The notes under the pieces were generated by a model. It was not told the origin of the DNA and ran no database searches. It was given only the letters and a program-made list of their open reading frames with translations. The translations under genes were made by a program, and so were the position numbers. From positions 1 through 64,000 of IMG/VR virus record IMGVR_UViG_3300012979_000034: DNA of 64,000 nucleotides; one strand, given 5' to 3'. This document shows positions 1 to 9,432 of this stretch, piece by piece. The DNA comes from a virus. Its lineage: Duplodnaviria; Caudoviricetes. Positions within the stretch are counted from its first letter, which is position 1, and each line of letters opens with the position of its first letter.

Positions 1-179
1 TAAAACTAAATATAAAAAAGCAAAAATGAATATCTCTATTAAAATAATTACTATAAATGAGTAAATAAAATTTTTATCCATATAGCATATATTTTAAATA
101 AAACTAAAAAGAAAAAAAGAACAAAACAAAACAAAGATAGAAACAAATTAGTAAATTTTCTATTTTAGAATAGCTTTAG

Positions 180-590
180 CTATTTCTTTTTAGGTTGTTT
201 TTCGCTATCCTTTTTATTAGTACTTTCGTACCTTTTTTGCAGATTCGGTAAATGTTTTTTTACTAAATCTTTTAATTCAATATTTTGTGAATTATCACTC
301 ATAATTGAATTTAAACTAAAGTCGTTTTTTACAAAAACTGCAAAATAAAAATTCAAAAACGTATCTGCTAACTGATTATATTTTTCTTTATTAGCTAAAA
401 GAGAATAAGTGTTGAGAGATTTAAAAGTTTTAGAGATTGTTTTTCTTATTTGCTCTCTCTCGCTCTTTTGTTTGTCTGCATCATCAGAGGTAAAATACTC
501 TTTTTTGTAAATATGTTCTTTTGTTTTTCCCTTTGCACTTTCAGTTTTACCAGCAAAAGAATCTAACAAATTTTTCAAATTTTCTTTCAT
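180..590 (-). CDS. hypothetical early protein (136 aa)
   Basis: ORF directly downstream of a Bacteroidota-type promoter at 695-725. Confidence 0.75.
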   Translation of the reverse strand: MKENLKNLLDSFAGKTESAKGKTKEHIYKKEYFTSDDADKQKSEREQIRKTISKTFKSLNTYSLLANKEKYNQLADTFLNFYFAVFVKNDFSLNSIMSDNSQNIELKDLVKKHLPNLQKRYESTNKKDSEKQPKKK

Positions 591-694
591 AATCTTTCAA
601 ATTTGATTTGTTATTAAAATAATAAACCTAATTTAAAAAACTTTGTTTCGTTTTGTTCAGTATTTCAAAGAACGCTTGTGAATTAATCACATTG

Positions 695-725
695 CAAAAT
701 TAATGCTTTTTTTTATTCCACCAAA
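695..725 (-). promoter_or_regulatory. Bacteroidota primary-sigma promoter
   Basis: minus strand TTTG (722-725), 19-nt spacer, TAATTTTG (695-702); matches the -33/-7 consensus TTTG...TAnnTTTG. Confidence 0.75.
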
Positions 726-963
726 ACATTTTGAAAAAAAAATGTACTTTTTTTTGAAAAATTTTTTTTGTAAGTTTTTTAATAATTCTAACTATTTGAT
801 TTTTAAAACTTTCCGGTCTATTTTGTAAAAAATTATTATTTTTGACCTATAGCTAACTTAATAGCTGACTTAAATTAAATTTTCTATAATTTATAATTTC
901 CCACCAACCTTCCCCGCTGGCGTTGTCCGCTATACTACTCTATTGGTATCTTGCCAACCAGTG

Positions 964-975
964 GGCCATTAATGG
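964..975. promoter_or_regulatory. GGCCATTAANGG putative operator, copy 1
   Basis: GGCCATTAATGG; one of 8 intergenic copies in the first 12 kb. Confidence 0.55.
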
Positions 976-1187
976 ACTGACCTGAAGGCTAATTTAGTAG
1001 GGATTGGCAAATTGTCGATGGGGCCCAGGCAAATGGCCAGCATCATTCGTAGCTTATTGGCTTTATTGGTATGTTTGGTTCGAGTTCAGGCTGCAACTTT
1101 GGTAAGCTCTAGATGTACCATAACTTTAGTAAGCTTATTAGGTTCCAAGCAATGGTGTTAGCCAAGGTGAAAGCCTAGTAGTGTTAG

Positions 1188-1199
1188 GGCCATTAAAGG
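1188..1199. promoter_or_regulatory. GGCCATTAANGG putative operator, copy 2
   Basis: GGCCATTAAAGG. Confidence 0.5.
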
Positions 1200-1503
1200 T
1201 CTTATCTATATACCCCTATATCCCCCTATCCCTATGGCCATTATTAATAAAAAAATTTTGGGCCAACTTGGCGCTATAATTAAGGCCGTGGCTAGCTATA
1301 CTTCAATATTGGTATGTTCAGTATGTATATGTCAGCTAAGGTCAATTCATTAATGGTATCTTCTAGAATTTTCTTTTTTAGTAGAGTAGTAATTTATAAT
1401 TAACTTATTGAATTCTTTCTAGAGTTTAGGATTTCTACCCAAGAAATGCCCCAAAATTGAATTGAATGAGTGCAATAATTTTCAATCTGAGGAAAGCTTC
1501 AGT

Positions 1504-2687
1504 GGTTCCTATGAAAAGGTCCGAAAATACTGGTAGCGCTGGAGGGACTTTCGAAAGGTCAGCCCCAGAGGGTTCTCGAAAAGGCTATAACAGGTTCAGT
1601 CACTAAGGCCCCATCCGAAGGTTCTTGAAAGAGGGTTCTTCGAATTAGGCTCCAATTGAAAGGTATGATAAAGGCTTCCATACAGGCTTCAAAAACGGAT
1701 TGTAAATTAGGTCAATTCAAGAGGTTCAGCCAACAGGCTCAATTCGATTGTTCCTGTAATATGTCACATATAGTGGTTCGATAAAAAAGCTACATTCGAT
1801 TGTTCATAGCATAAGGCTCTATTCGAATGTTCCTAGAATTAGGCCCCAATTGATGGTTCCTAGAACAAGGCTTCCATTGAAAGGATCTAGCATAATGTCA
1901 CATTCGATTGTTCTCGAATAAAGCTTTAATCGATTGTTCTCGTATAAGGCTACATCCAACAGGATGAAAAGAAAGGTCATATCCAACAGGTTGAAAAGAA
2001 AGGATCAGCCAATTGGCTTCAAAATGGATTGTAAATTAGGCTCCTCTCGATTGTTCCTAGCATGTGGTCATTCCTTAAGGTTCCAATTGAATGGGTTCGA
2101 AAGGGTCCTTTCCCCAGGTTCGATAAAAGGCTCTAAACGAATGTTCTCGAAAAAGGTTCGACTCGATTGTTCCTGGAATTAGGCCCCAATAGAATGGATC
2201 TAGCATAAGGCTTCCAATCGGGAGTCTATTAATTGGGTCACATCCAACAGGTCATGGAATTAAGGACGAAAAGAAAGGATCAGCCAACAAGCTCCATTTA
2301 GAAGGATCTAGCATAAGGCTTCAAAATACAGGTTAATGGCATAAGGCTACATCCAACAGGTCGAAAAGAATTGTCTCCATATAGGCTCCTATATTGGTTG
2401 GCATCCTCGGTTCAAAAGAATGGTCCTAGCATTAGGCTACAAAAGAAGGGTCCTAAAAGATTTGTTTAGCCAATAGGCTACATCAGAATGTTTATAGCAT
2501 AAGGCTACACCTTACAGGATGAAAAGAATTGTCCTGTCAACAGGCTCCATAAAACGGGTTCTTGAATTAAGGCCTAATCTATTGTTCTTGAAAGAAGGTT
2601 CCTAGAATAAGGTCATAATCGATTGTTCTCGAATAAGGTCGATTCCCTGAGGCTCCATTCGAATGGTTCTCGTATTAAGGCCTTAGT
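1504..2687. repeat. degenerate ~13-nt periodic array (~90 units)
   Basis: parses by hand into 10-14 nt units (mostly 13-14) starting GG or TGT; recurring words GGATCTAGCATAA x3, GGATTGTAAATTA x2, GGCTACATCCAACA x2, TGTTCTCGAATAA x2; no credible ORF. Confidence 0.85.
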
Positions 2688-2757
2688 GGATATCCTATAA
2701 ATAATTTCATTCTATAAAGGGGCCATAAAAGTCATTAGCCCAAGGACACACAAAGAA

Positions 2758-2780
2758 GCCCTGGAGGATAAGTCCAGGGC
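2758..2780 (-). terminator. hairpin / probable intrinsic terminator
   Basis: GCCCTGGA-ggataag-TCCAGGGC just past the stop of 2796-3233. Confidence 0.6.
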
Positions 2781-2795
2781 CCTTGTTAATAGTTA

Positions 2796-3233
2796 TTAGT
2801 TCTGATTAGGATTATGATAATAGATACTGATAACTTCATCGTTTATGTTAATTGTAGCCGTAACGTTATTAGTAGGGTTTACCAGAATAAAGTGATCAGT
2901 CCAGTCTTCAGGCTTAGGAAGGGAATCCTTAGTTTGACCCTTGAGGTAGTAATGTATTATGTTCCGGAGGGTATCATTGAAATATTTTTGTTGCTCAAGG
3001 TCCTTGTCATAGGTATCGGAATCGATATCCGGAATAGGATATTGTTTGCAAGCAAAGTTATAGTCAAATGATTCATCCTGGTAACGGAGTACTGATTCCT
3101 TGATAATCTTAATGTGAGGGAATATAGCAGATAGTTCACCGACTGCAGTTAGGATAGCAGTATTAATTAGTTCTCCGGTTTCTTTAAGATCATAGCCTTG
3201 AGAATTCTTGGGATTAATAGTAAAGATTTTCAT
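2796..3233 (-). CDS. hypothetical early protein (145 aa)
   Basis: ORF with A-rich leader, co-directional with its neighbours. Confidence 0.8.
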   Translation of the reverse strand: MKIFTINPKNSQGYDLKETGELINTAILTAVGELSAIFPHIKIIKESVLRYQDESFDYNFACKQYPIPDIDSDTYDKDLEQQKYFNDTLRNIIHYYLKGQTKDSLPKPEDWTDHFILVNPTNNVTATININDEVISIYYHNPNQN

Positions 3234-3272
3234 AATGTTAAATGTTTAAATGTTAATGATTATGTTAAAGGA

Positions 3273-3291
3273 GCTGGGCATAGTGCCCAGC
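3273..3291. terminator. intergenic hairpin
   Basis: GCTGGGCA-tag-TGCCCAGC. Confidence 0.45.
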
Positions 3292-3301
3292 CCTATGTTA
3301 G

Positions 3302-3679
3302 TTATTCGGACCAAGCTTTAAGTGCAGTAATTAAGACTTGTTCTTTGTAACCGTTTGAAGGAAAGCCTGCAGTCCTAGATGCATTGTAATGATTAGGTTC
3401 TAGGGGATCGCAATCGTCCCTGTATAAAAGATGAGTATCCAGGTCTTGAAATATTTGTTGGATTTGTTCATCAGTTAGGGATTTGGAAGGCCGATTGATA
3501 AAAGTGAACCGCCAGTAACCGTCAGGTGCATTGGGAGCAGTAAATTGTTCGACCTGGAAAAGGTCAATTAGATGCCTGGTTTGTTTCATTTGTGGAGAAA
3601 CCCAGTCTTGATAAAGAGCATTGGCAAAGTCCTGTGCATTTGCAGGGAAATGTTGAAGCCATGTTTTTAATGTTTGCAT
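3302..3679 (-). CDS. hypothetical early protein (125 aa)
   Basis: ORF downstream of the promoter at 3756-3787. Confidence 0.8.
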   Translation of the reverse strand: MQTLKTWLQHFPANAQDFANALYQDWVSPQMKQTRHLIDLFQVEQFTAPNAPDGYWRFTFINRPSKSLTDEQIQQIFQDLDTHLLYRDDCDPLEPNHYNASRTAGFPSNGYKEQVLITALKAWSE

Positions 3680-3755
3680 AATGTTTAATGTTTGTTGTGG
3701 CCCAGGTTTTAAGGTGGGCCTGGTTAATAATTAATTATATTTAATAATCTTTATG

Positions 3756-3787
3756 CAAATATACTGCTTTTTATTTAAATATGCAAA
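3756..3787 (-). promoter_or_regulatory. Bacteroidota primary-sigma promoter
   Basis: TTTG-N20-TATATTTG on the minus strand. Confidence 0.8.
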
Positions 3788-3869
3788 TATACCATATATT
3801 TTTTATAAAATTTTTATGGGCCCTAAGGATCCCCACCTTTAAGTCCCTAATAATATCAATGCTCAAAGG

Positions 3870-3997
3870 GGCCATTAATGGTCCTATAAGGCTTCTCCGG
3901 CCATTAACGGAGAGGGAATTAGGGCCTTATTTATGCCTTATTTAAATGGCTATCATACATACGTATACACCCATAGCTAGCTAATGGCCATTAATGG
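3870..3997. promoter_or_regulatory. three GGCCATTAANGG putative operators (3870-3881, 3899-3910, 3986-3997)
   Basis: GGCCATTAATGG, GGCCATTAACGG, GGCCATTAATGG upstream of the 3756 promoter. Confidence 0.6.
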
Positions 3998-4414
3998 TAT
4001 ATTATGGGCCCTAATGATCCCAATCCCATAATCCCCAGGGCCTTGACCCCTTTTATATATACTATATATAATATACTAATAAAAAGGCTCCAGGATTTCA
4101 AGGATTTAGGGCCATTTATGGTATTATTTTATGCCTAAAAAGGGGCCTTTTGGGGTACCTGGCCAGGCAACTTTGGTTAGCCCCAGGGATTTGAGACTAT
4201 GCAGCAGACAGGCGCGAAGAGCCCTGTGGTAGTTACAGTTAGAAGGACTGGGACCAGGGGCTGGGATCCCAAATAGGGCATGGCAGCCCCCGGGGATATT
4301 TGAGGATGTTATATTGTATACCGTTTGTTATATTGATTGGTATATTTTGTTTGTACACTATAATAGGCCTATTGTATATATTTGTTATATATTATAGGCC
4401 TATTGTTTAGTTAT

Positions 4415-4795
4415 TTAGAGGAAGTCTGTCCATTTAGTATAATATCCGTAGAATGGTACTAGGTTTTTATCGTGTAGTTCTTGATCCTCATTGTAGTAAT
4501 TTTGTGTTTGTTCGGGGGTGTATCCCTGTAGGTGATGTCTTCTGGAATAGGTTGGTGGGATCATGTATAGGTTCCATACCTTAGTTGTTATTATGGGTTG
4601 GCTGTGGGGATATTGGTATTTCTCCTTGACTGCCTGTACCTTCTCTGTGTTAGCTAGGATGTAGTACTGCTCTGGTCGGTTGTTAGAGATGTCTAATCCT
4701 TGTTCATCTAGTAAGTCTGTAAGCATATCAAAGTCAAATTCCTTTGATAATAGGTTGTGAATTTCTTGACTGTTTAAAATCTCTGGTACTGTCAT
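4415..4795 (-). CDS. hypothetical early protein (126 aa)
   Basis: ORF in a tightly packed run; leader taaaactATG. Confidence 0.8.
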   Translation of the reverse strand: MTVPEILNSQEIHNLLSKEFDFDMLTDLLDEQGLDISNNRPEQYYILANTEKVQAVKEKYQYPHSQPIITTKVWNLYMIPPTYSRRHHLQGYTPEQTQNYYNEDQELHDKNLVPFYGYYTKWTDFL

Positions 4796-4807
4796 AGTTT
4801 TATTTAT

Positions 4808-5266
4808 TTAGGGGTTATATGTATGTGTTAAGTTTAGTCCATCCTTTTCGTTGAAGAAGTCGCAGATAGTCTGGGATAGCTCTGGAGTGATCCATTCCCT
4901 AGTCTCATTGTAGAATGCTTGTCTAGCATTTTGTAAATGTTTCTCTAAGGTTTCCTTGAGATACTTTTCGTTAATAGCTTCGATAGCATTATTGAGACCG
5001 TTTAGGGTAAACTTTTCCGTATGTTTAGCTTCTACTAGGATATATTGATCGCTAGTATGGTAAGCCCAACCAGGTTGTATTAGGTGTTCCTTTAGTTTCT
5101 TAGCCTCGGCTATTGTTAGGCGATTCATTAGATATGGCATAGTTAATCCGTCCGTATCAGGATTATAGTTACCAGGTACCTCTATTAGATAGCTGCTAAG
5201 GACCTCATCCTCGTCAATTCCTGGGTTTTTTGATTTACTGCATAGGTATAATTCAAATGTTGTCAT
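4808..5266 (-). CDS. hypothetical early protein (152 aa)
   Basis: ORF in a tightly packed run; leader taaaactATG. Confidence 0.8.
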   Translation of the reverse strand: MTTFELYLCSKSKNPGIDEDEVLSSYLIEVPGNYNPDTDGLTMPYLMNRLTIAEAKKLKEHLIQPGWAYHTSDQYILVEAKHTEKFTLNGLNNAIEAINEKYLKETLEKHLQNARQAFYNETREWITPELSQTICDFFNEKDGLNLTHTYNP

Positions 5267-5270
5267 AGTT

Positions 5271-5717
5271 TTACCGTTTGTTAAAAAAGGTTTGTACTGT
5301 TTCTAAGTTAATATCATCTAGTTCTGATTTATTGAATTCCTTTAGGAATTTGTCCTTAGCCTCCTCTAGGTATTTGGTTAGGTGTTTATCTTCCCTAGCT
5401 TCTGTTTCAGTCCAAATGTAATCGGATAGTTCACTGAGGGTAATTACCTCAGCTATGGGGGCTAGTGGAGTAATTTGTACATCTATGTCATTGTCCCATA
5501 GTTCGTAGGCTCTACCAACTTGTTCGGCAACATGTTCCTCCAGTTCTTGGTATTTCTTCAAGTCTTCAGAGTTTGTATGTTCAATGATGAATTGCATTAG
5601 TGGATAGAGGTTCCTGTCTGTGTCTGAAGGATCCCATACCTTGTTAGTCTCAAAGGTGTCGGAAGCTAATACCTTGTTCTGGTATATTACTTCGATTTTA
5701 AAGTATGTGTAACCCAT
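5271..5717 (-). CDS. hypothetical early protein
   Basis: start moved to MGYTYF (leader taacactATG), which removes the overlap with the upstream gene. Confidence 0.75.
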   Translation of the reverse strand: MGYTYFKIEVIYQNKVLASDTFETNKVWDPSDTDRNLYPLMQFIIEHTNSEDLKKYQELEEHVAEQVGRAYELWDNDIDVQITPLAPIAEVITLSELSDYIWTETEAREDKHLTKYLEEAKDKFLKEFNKSELDDINLETVQTFFNKR

Positions 5718-5721
5718 AGTG

Positions 5722-6141
5722 TTAAATGTTAATTGGTTCATAAGAAGCTGCCCGTTTTGGAGCATAAGCTGTGATTATATCATCGATAATAGAATCGTCT
5801 GCGCAAGAGAATATGACCGATAAAGGTTTATCGTTTTCATCATATAGTTGATAAGCCTTCTTTTCGATATCTGTTAAAGCATCATATGCAATGACCTTGT
5901 CTATGTTAGAAGTATCGATTTTATCATTGAGTTCCTTTTGTAGAAGCAGGGTAATTGTGTTGATAATCCTTGCAGGAATGCTTGACTTAGGTCTTAAGGT
6001 TTCAAGAGGTTCATAGTCAATCCTTAGATCTGAGATAACCTTTTTGGTAACCTTGTTTTTGATTCGAAATTGTACTACTGATTTTTTGTCTGTAGTTCTT
6101 ACTTTTAAGTAAGGCATGAGGTAAGTGTTAATTGTAATCAT
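5722..6141 (-). CDS. hypothetical early protein (139 aa)
   Basis: ORF in a packed run. Confidence 0.75.
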   Translation of the reverse strand: MITINTYLMPYLKVRTTDKKSVVQFRIKNKVTKKVISDLRIDYEPLETLRPKSSIPARIINTITLLLQKELNDKIDTSNIDKVIAYDALTDIEKKAYQLYDENDKPLSVIFSCADDSIIDDIITAYAPKRAASYEPINI

Positions 6142-6161
6142 GACTATTGAAATTTAAAGTG

Positions 6162-6563
6162 TTAGTTAATTGAGAATTGAATATTGAATAATTCGGGGTT
6201 ATGACCTCCAGTACCAATGAGTTGAATAATGGCATCCCCGTCTGTTATTTGATATATAAAATGTATAAGAACTGATACGCAATCGTCAAGAGCCTTGACT
6301 TGGGCATTCCTATAGTTTTTTTCTGGAGTATTATCAGCAGTGATTTTGCAGTAGTTTAGGTTAATACCCTGTACTGAATAAACTGTTCCGATGTGGGCAT
6401 CGTATGCAGTTATAAGTTCTACCCTGATACCGGCTTGGAATAGTTCTCCCAATTGATCATCAATTGTTTGGAGGTATTCCTTAAATGATTCGCCCTTGTT
6501 GTTTTGTTCTCCATACTGTATTAGTGGAGCAAGAGCACTGGGAAAATTGAAATAGTCCTTCAT
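6162..6563 (-). CDS. hypothetical early protein (133 aa)
   Basis: first ORF after the 6645 promoter; leader (AAAAC)n. Confidence 0.8.
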   Translation of the reverse strand: MKDYFNFPSALAPLIQYGEQNNKGESFKEYLQTIDDQLGELFQAGIRVELITAYDAHIGTVYSVQGINLNYCKITADNTPEKNYRNAQVKALDDCVSVLIHFIYQITDGDAIIQLIGTGGHNPELFNIQFSIN

Positions 6564-6616
6564 GTTTTGTTTTGTTTTGTTTTAGTGTTGTTAGTACTAT
6601 GTTTGTGGGTTCCTTA

Positions 6617-6683
6617 TTAGTTAGCACCCATTTTATTTATATTGCAAAATTAATACATATATTTTAAATATGCAAATTAGCCC
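6617..6683. repeat. 67-bp promoter cassette, copy 1
   Basis: 66/67 identical to 8251-8317. Confidence 0.9.
6645..6676 (-). promoter_or_regulatory. Bacteroidota primary-sigma promoter
   Basis: TTTG-N20-TAATTTTG. Confidence 0.8.
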
Positions 6684-6749
6684 ACCACTTTGTTTAAAAT
6701 AAGTTAAGAGATCATGGATAGAGTCCAGTACCTGGGCATATATTACTTT

Positions 6750-6761
6750 GGCCATTAATGG
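6750..6761. promoter_or_regulatory. GGCCATTAANGG putative operator
   Basis: GGCCATTAATGG about 75 nt upstream of the 6645 promoter. Confidence 0.6.
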
Positions 6762-6857
6762 AAATGATATATTAACAAAATTACCTCCATTAAAGGTTTT
6801 ATGGCAGTTAATGGAGGTAATTCGTAGCATACGCATATTATTGGTATGTTGTTAGTG

Positions 6858-7052
6858 TTATAATTCAAAGTCTATATAGATATCCTTGTTTTTCTTATAG
6901 AACTTTTCATGGTTTACGTCATCGTATTTATAGCACGAATAAGCTTGTTCGCTTCTGACATATTCTCCACGTACCCATACTGGAGCAGTTTCAGTGGGTT
7001 TTAATTTGAAATAGGTTCCTTGGTTAACCTTTCCGATTTTGGTCTTTTTCAT
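6858..7052 (-). CDS. small hypothetical protein (64 aa)
   Basis: protein-like beta-rich sequence (VWVRGEY), coupled to the upstream ORF. Confidence 0.7.
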   Translation of the reverse strand: MKKTKIGKVNQGTYFKLKPTETAPVWVRGEYVRSEQAYSCYKYDDVNHEKFYKKNKDIYIDFEL

Positions 7053-7722
7053 AGTCTTCCAGTTTTTGTTTAAGATTATAATAATTAGGTATATAGCAGT
7101 AGTCTACCTTCCATGATATGTGTTCGATGCGAACTCCTCTATCGGTACCGTCTAAAGATGAAGCAAATATTGAATAGCCACCCATACCTGATATGAAAGC
7201 TTTATTGTTTGATGAGAAGCAATAAGTACGGGAATCTTCAGGATAGTAAGTATCTCGGAAGTTAGATTGTCTATAGCATACGATACCCATAATTGGTGAA
7301 TCCTCTGGGTCAAAAGCTTCGTTCCATCTGTCAAAGAAACTTACTAATTGTGCCCATGTTAGAGTAGCAAATAGTTTTAGTGAAGGGTTTGACCTTTCGT
7401 AATCCATCCAGTACATGAAATTCCGTTCTTTGTTAGAGTTTAACCAAAGTTTTTCATTTGGATAGAAGAATGAAGCATATCCCTTATAGTAATCTATTAG
7501 GGTAGATTGTTTGAGTTTAGATATGTAATTAGTTTCATCTATACCCATAGAATCTAATTCTGTTATTACGAAGCCCAATATGTTATCATGATGATAAATG
7601 TTAGCTAAAGATTCAGAACCGTTTATATCATTGTAATATTGGTTGATGAATACCCATTCGGGTTTTAAGTGGAGCAAGTTGTACTTATGTACAGCCTCCT
7701 TGAGATAATTTAGTTTTACCAT
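7024..7722 (-). CDS. hypothetical early protein (232 aa)
   Basis: long ORF; leader taacactATG. Confidence 0.85.
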   Translation of the reverse strand: MVKLNYLKEAVHKYNLLHLKPEWVFINQYYNDINGSESLANIYHHDNILGFVITELDSMGIDETNYISKLKQSTLIDYYKGYASFFYPNEKLWLNSNKERNFMYWMDYERSNPSLKLFATLTWAQLVSFFDRWNEAFDPEDSPIMGIVCYRQSNFRDTYYPEDSRTYCFSSNNKAFISGMGGYSIFASSLDGTDRGVRIEHISWKVDYCYIPNYYNLKQKLEDYEKDQNRKG

Positions 7723-7730
7723 AGTGTTAA

Positions 7731-7967
7731 TTATTTATAGTTTGTTCTTAACTCTTCTTTTAAAGCTTTAGCTTTTGGACCTCTAAATGTAGAAGCATTA
7801 GCTAAAAAGTACATTACTATAGTTCTAGCATCCTCGAAGTAATAGGGAGCATCGGGTGATGCGGAATCAATTGTTAGCATAGCCTCTAAATAGGGAGATG
7901 CACCTGTATAGGGCCTTGGCCAAGCTTCCTTGATATCCCTGGCAATTTCATTAAGTTTTCGTTTCAT
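7731..7967 (-). CDS. small hypothetical phage protein (78 aa)
   Basis: IAxDIxxxW...PYLxAM...IVxYFLxNAxxFRG pattern recalled from other phage hypotheticals. Confidence 0.75.
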   Translation of the reverse strand: MKRKLNEIARDIKEAWPRPYTGASPYLEAMLTIDSASPDAPYYFEDARTIVMYFLANASTFRGPKAKALKEELRTNYK

Positions 7968-8206
7968 AGTCCAATTAGAAATAAGTCAATTTTAACTGAA
8001 TAACGGCTAAGATCTTCCTCACGAGGATTACAGATAATTGTACCAGGTAAGTTTGGGTCTTTTTCTTTAGCATTTAGTAAATTTTTGCAGGCTTCGTGAA
8101 GATTTTCTTCTAGTGATAAGTTTTTGTCTTTCTTACCGTAAGCCTGAATGAATTCAATGAAGTTTTTGAATTCGTTAGGTTTAAAAAGTAGCATTCTTTC
8201 GACCAT
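7964..8206 (-). CDS. hypothetical early protein (80 aa)
   Basis: first ORF after the 8279 promoter; 4-nt overlap with the next gene. Confidence 0.75.
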   Translation of the reverse strand: MVERMLLFKPNEFKNFIEFIQAYGKKDKNLSLEENLHEACKNLLNAKEKDPNLPGTIICNPREEDLSRYSVKIDLFLIGL

Positions 8207-8250
8207 GACTAGTGTTAAATATTTAAGTTATACAATGTATGAGGCCTCCC

Positions 8251-8317
8251 TTAGTTAGCACCCATTTTATTTATATTGCAAAATTAATACATATATTTTA
8301 ATTATGCAAATTAGCCC
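8251..8317. repeat. 67-bp promoter cassette, copy 2
   Basis: 66/67 identical to 6617-6683. Confidence 0.9.
8279..8310 (-). promoter_or_regulatory. Bacteroidota primary-sigma promoter
   Basis: TTTG-N20-TAATTTTG. Confidence 0.8.
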
Positions 8318-8398
8318 TAAACAAAGTTAAAACCTTTGTTTATAAAAAGTCTGTAGACACAAGTAGAGGGTACGTGTTAGGTACCCTCTAATTACATA

Positions 8399-8410
8399 GG
8401 CCATTAATGG
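8399..8410. promoter_or_regulatory. GGCCATTAANGG putative operator
   Basis: GGCCATTAATGG about 90 nt upstream of the 8279 promoter. Confidence 0.6.
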
Positions 8411-8523
8411 AATTTGTTTAATTTCTAGAACTTCTAATTTTAAATCTACATATTTCATAATAAATACTGCTTACGGATTCTAGAGAATACCCAAAATTCC
8501 AAATTGAAGTAGTTATTTTGATA

Positions 8524-9432
8524 CTAATGAATTAAGAATTGAGATGCAAAAGAATTAATGCCTAGTTGGTTATTTTCATCTTCATTGGTATCTTCATAAA
8601 TGTCTAACTCTGGATCTTCAGAATCTAAATCGATATTTTCTTCGATTTCTCTACGTAGCTCATGGTGTTCTCTACTGGCAGATTCTAAAGCTCCCTTATA
8701 GTTATCGGTTATAGCATTTAGTTCTACCTTATTGATACCCAGTCCCTCTTTTGTAGTATCGATTCCAGTTTGATCTGTAGCAATAACCTGAGGTAAAGCT
8801 GCTATATCATATTTCGTGCTCAATAGTTTAGCATCTTCATTTATTGGTATGTTAGCTATGGAATCTTGTATTATATTCCTTGCTTCCTCTATTGTAATGG
8901 TATTTTCTGTATGGTTTATATTCTGTTGGTTAAATTGGTTGAATATATTGGTTTGATTGCCACCAGTCATACCTCTAATGATAGATTGCAAGGAAGTTGA
9001 AGCTTCTAACCTAAGTTTTAAAGCTTTGTTTAGCTCAGCAGAAATGAAAGGTGTATACTTACCACCTTGAGAAGCTTTGAGTAGCGCTGTTTGTTGTACA
9101 ATTTCCATTCTATCTTCTATAGCCCAGGCAAGTTGTTCACCGAGTAACCCATTTATTAAATCCTCTTGGCGATCTTTATCCCATATTCTAGAATTAATTA
9201 TACCATCTCTCATAAACTCTTTTATATAGCTCGGGTCTATACCAAATTTAATAGCTAAAGAGTTTATATCATATGATACTCCACAAATTAAACCACTATT
9301 CATAAACCATTGATTTATCAAGTAGTTATATAATTTATCCTTAGTATCATCACTATTAGTTTTCTGATACTCTATAGATAAAGCTGTTAACCCCATTGGT
9401 CTAGGGAATCTATGCGTGATATATGTTTCCAT
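8524..9432 (-). CDS. hypothetical protein (302 aa), possibly terminase small subunit
   Basis: helical N-terminus, QTNIFNQFNQQN segment and acidic tail; function is a guess. Confidence 0.7.
   Translation of the reverse strand: METYITHRFPRPMGLTALSIEYQKTNSDDTKDKLYNYLINQWFMNSGLICGVSYDINSLAIKFGIDPSYIKEFMRDGIINSRIWDKDRQEDLINGLLGEQLAWAIEDRMEIVQQTALLKASQGGKYTPFISAELNKALKLRLEASTSLQSIIRGMTGGNQTNIFNQFNQQNINHTENTITIEEARNIIQDSIANIPINEDAKLLSTKYDIAALPQVIATDQTGIDTTKEGLGINKVELNAITDNYKGALESASREHHELRREIEENIDLDSEDPELDIYEDTNEDENNQLGINSFASQFLIH

Noticed and set aside
1504-2687. CRISPR array, or the 82-aa plus-strand ORF at 1934-2182
   Set aside because: No constant repeat with unique 30-40 nt spacers and no cas genes; the ORF is a by-product of a non-triplet repeat
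6633-6836. 67-aa ORF
   Set aside because: Runs through the promoter cassette and the operator site; probably intergenic
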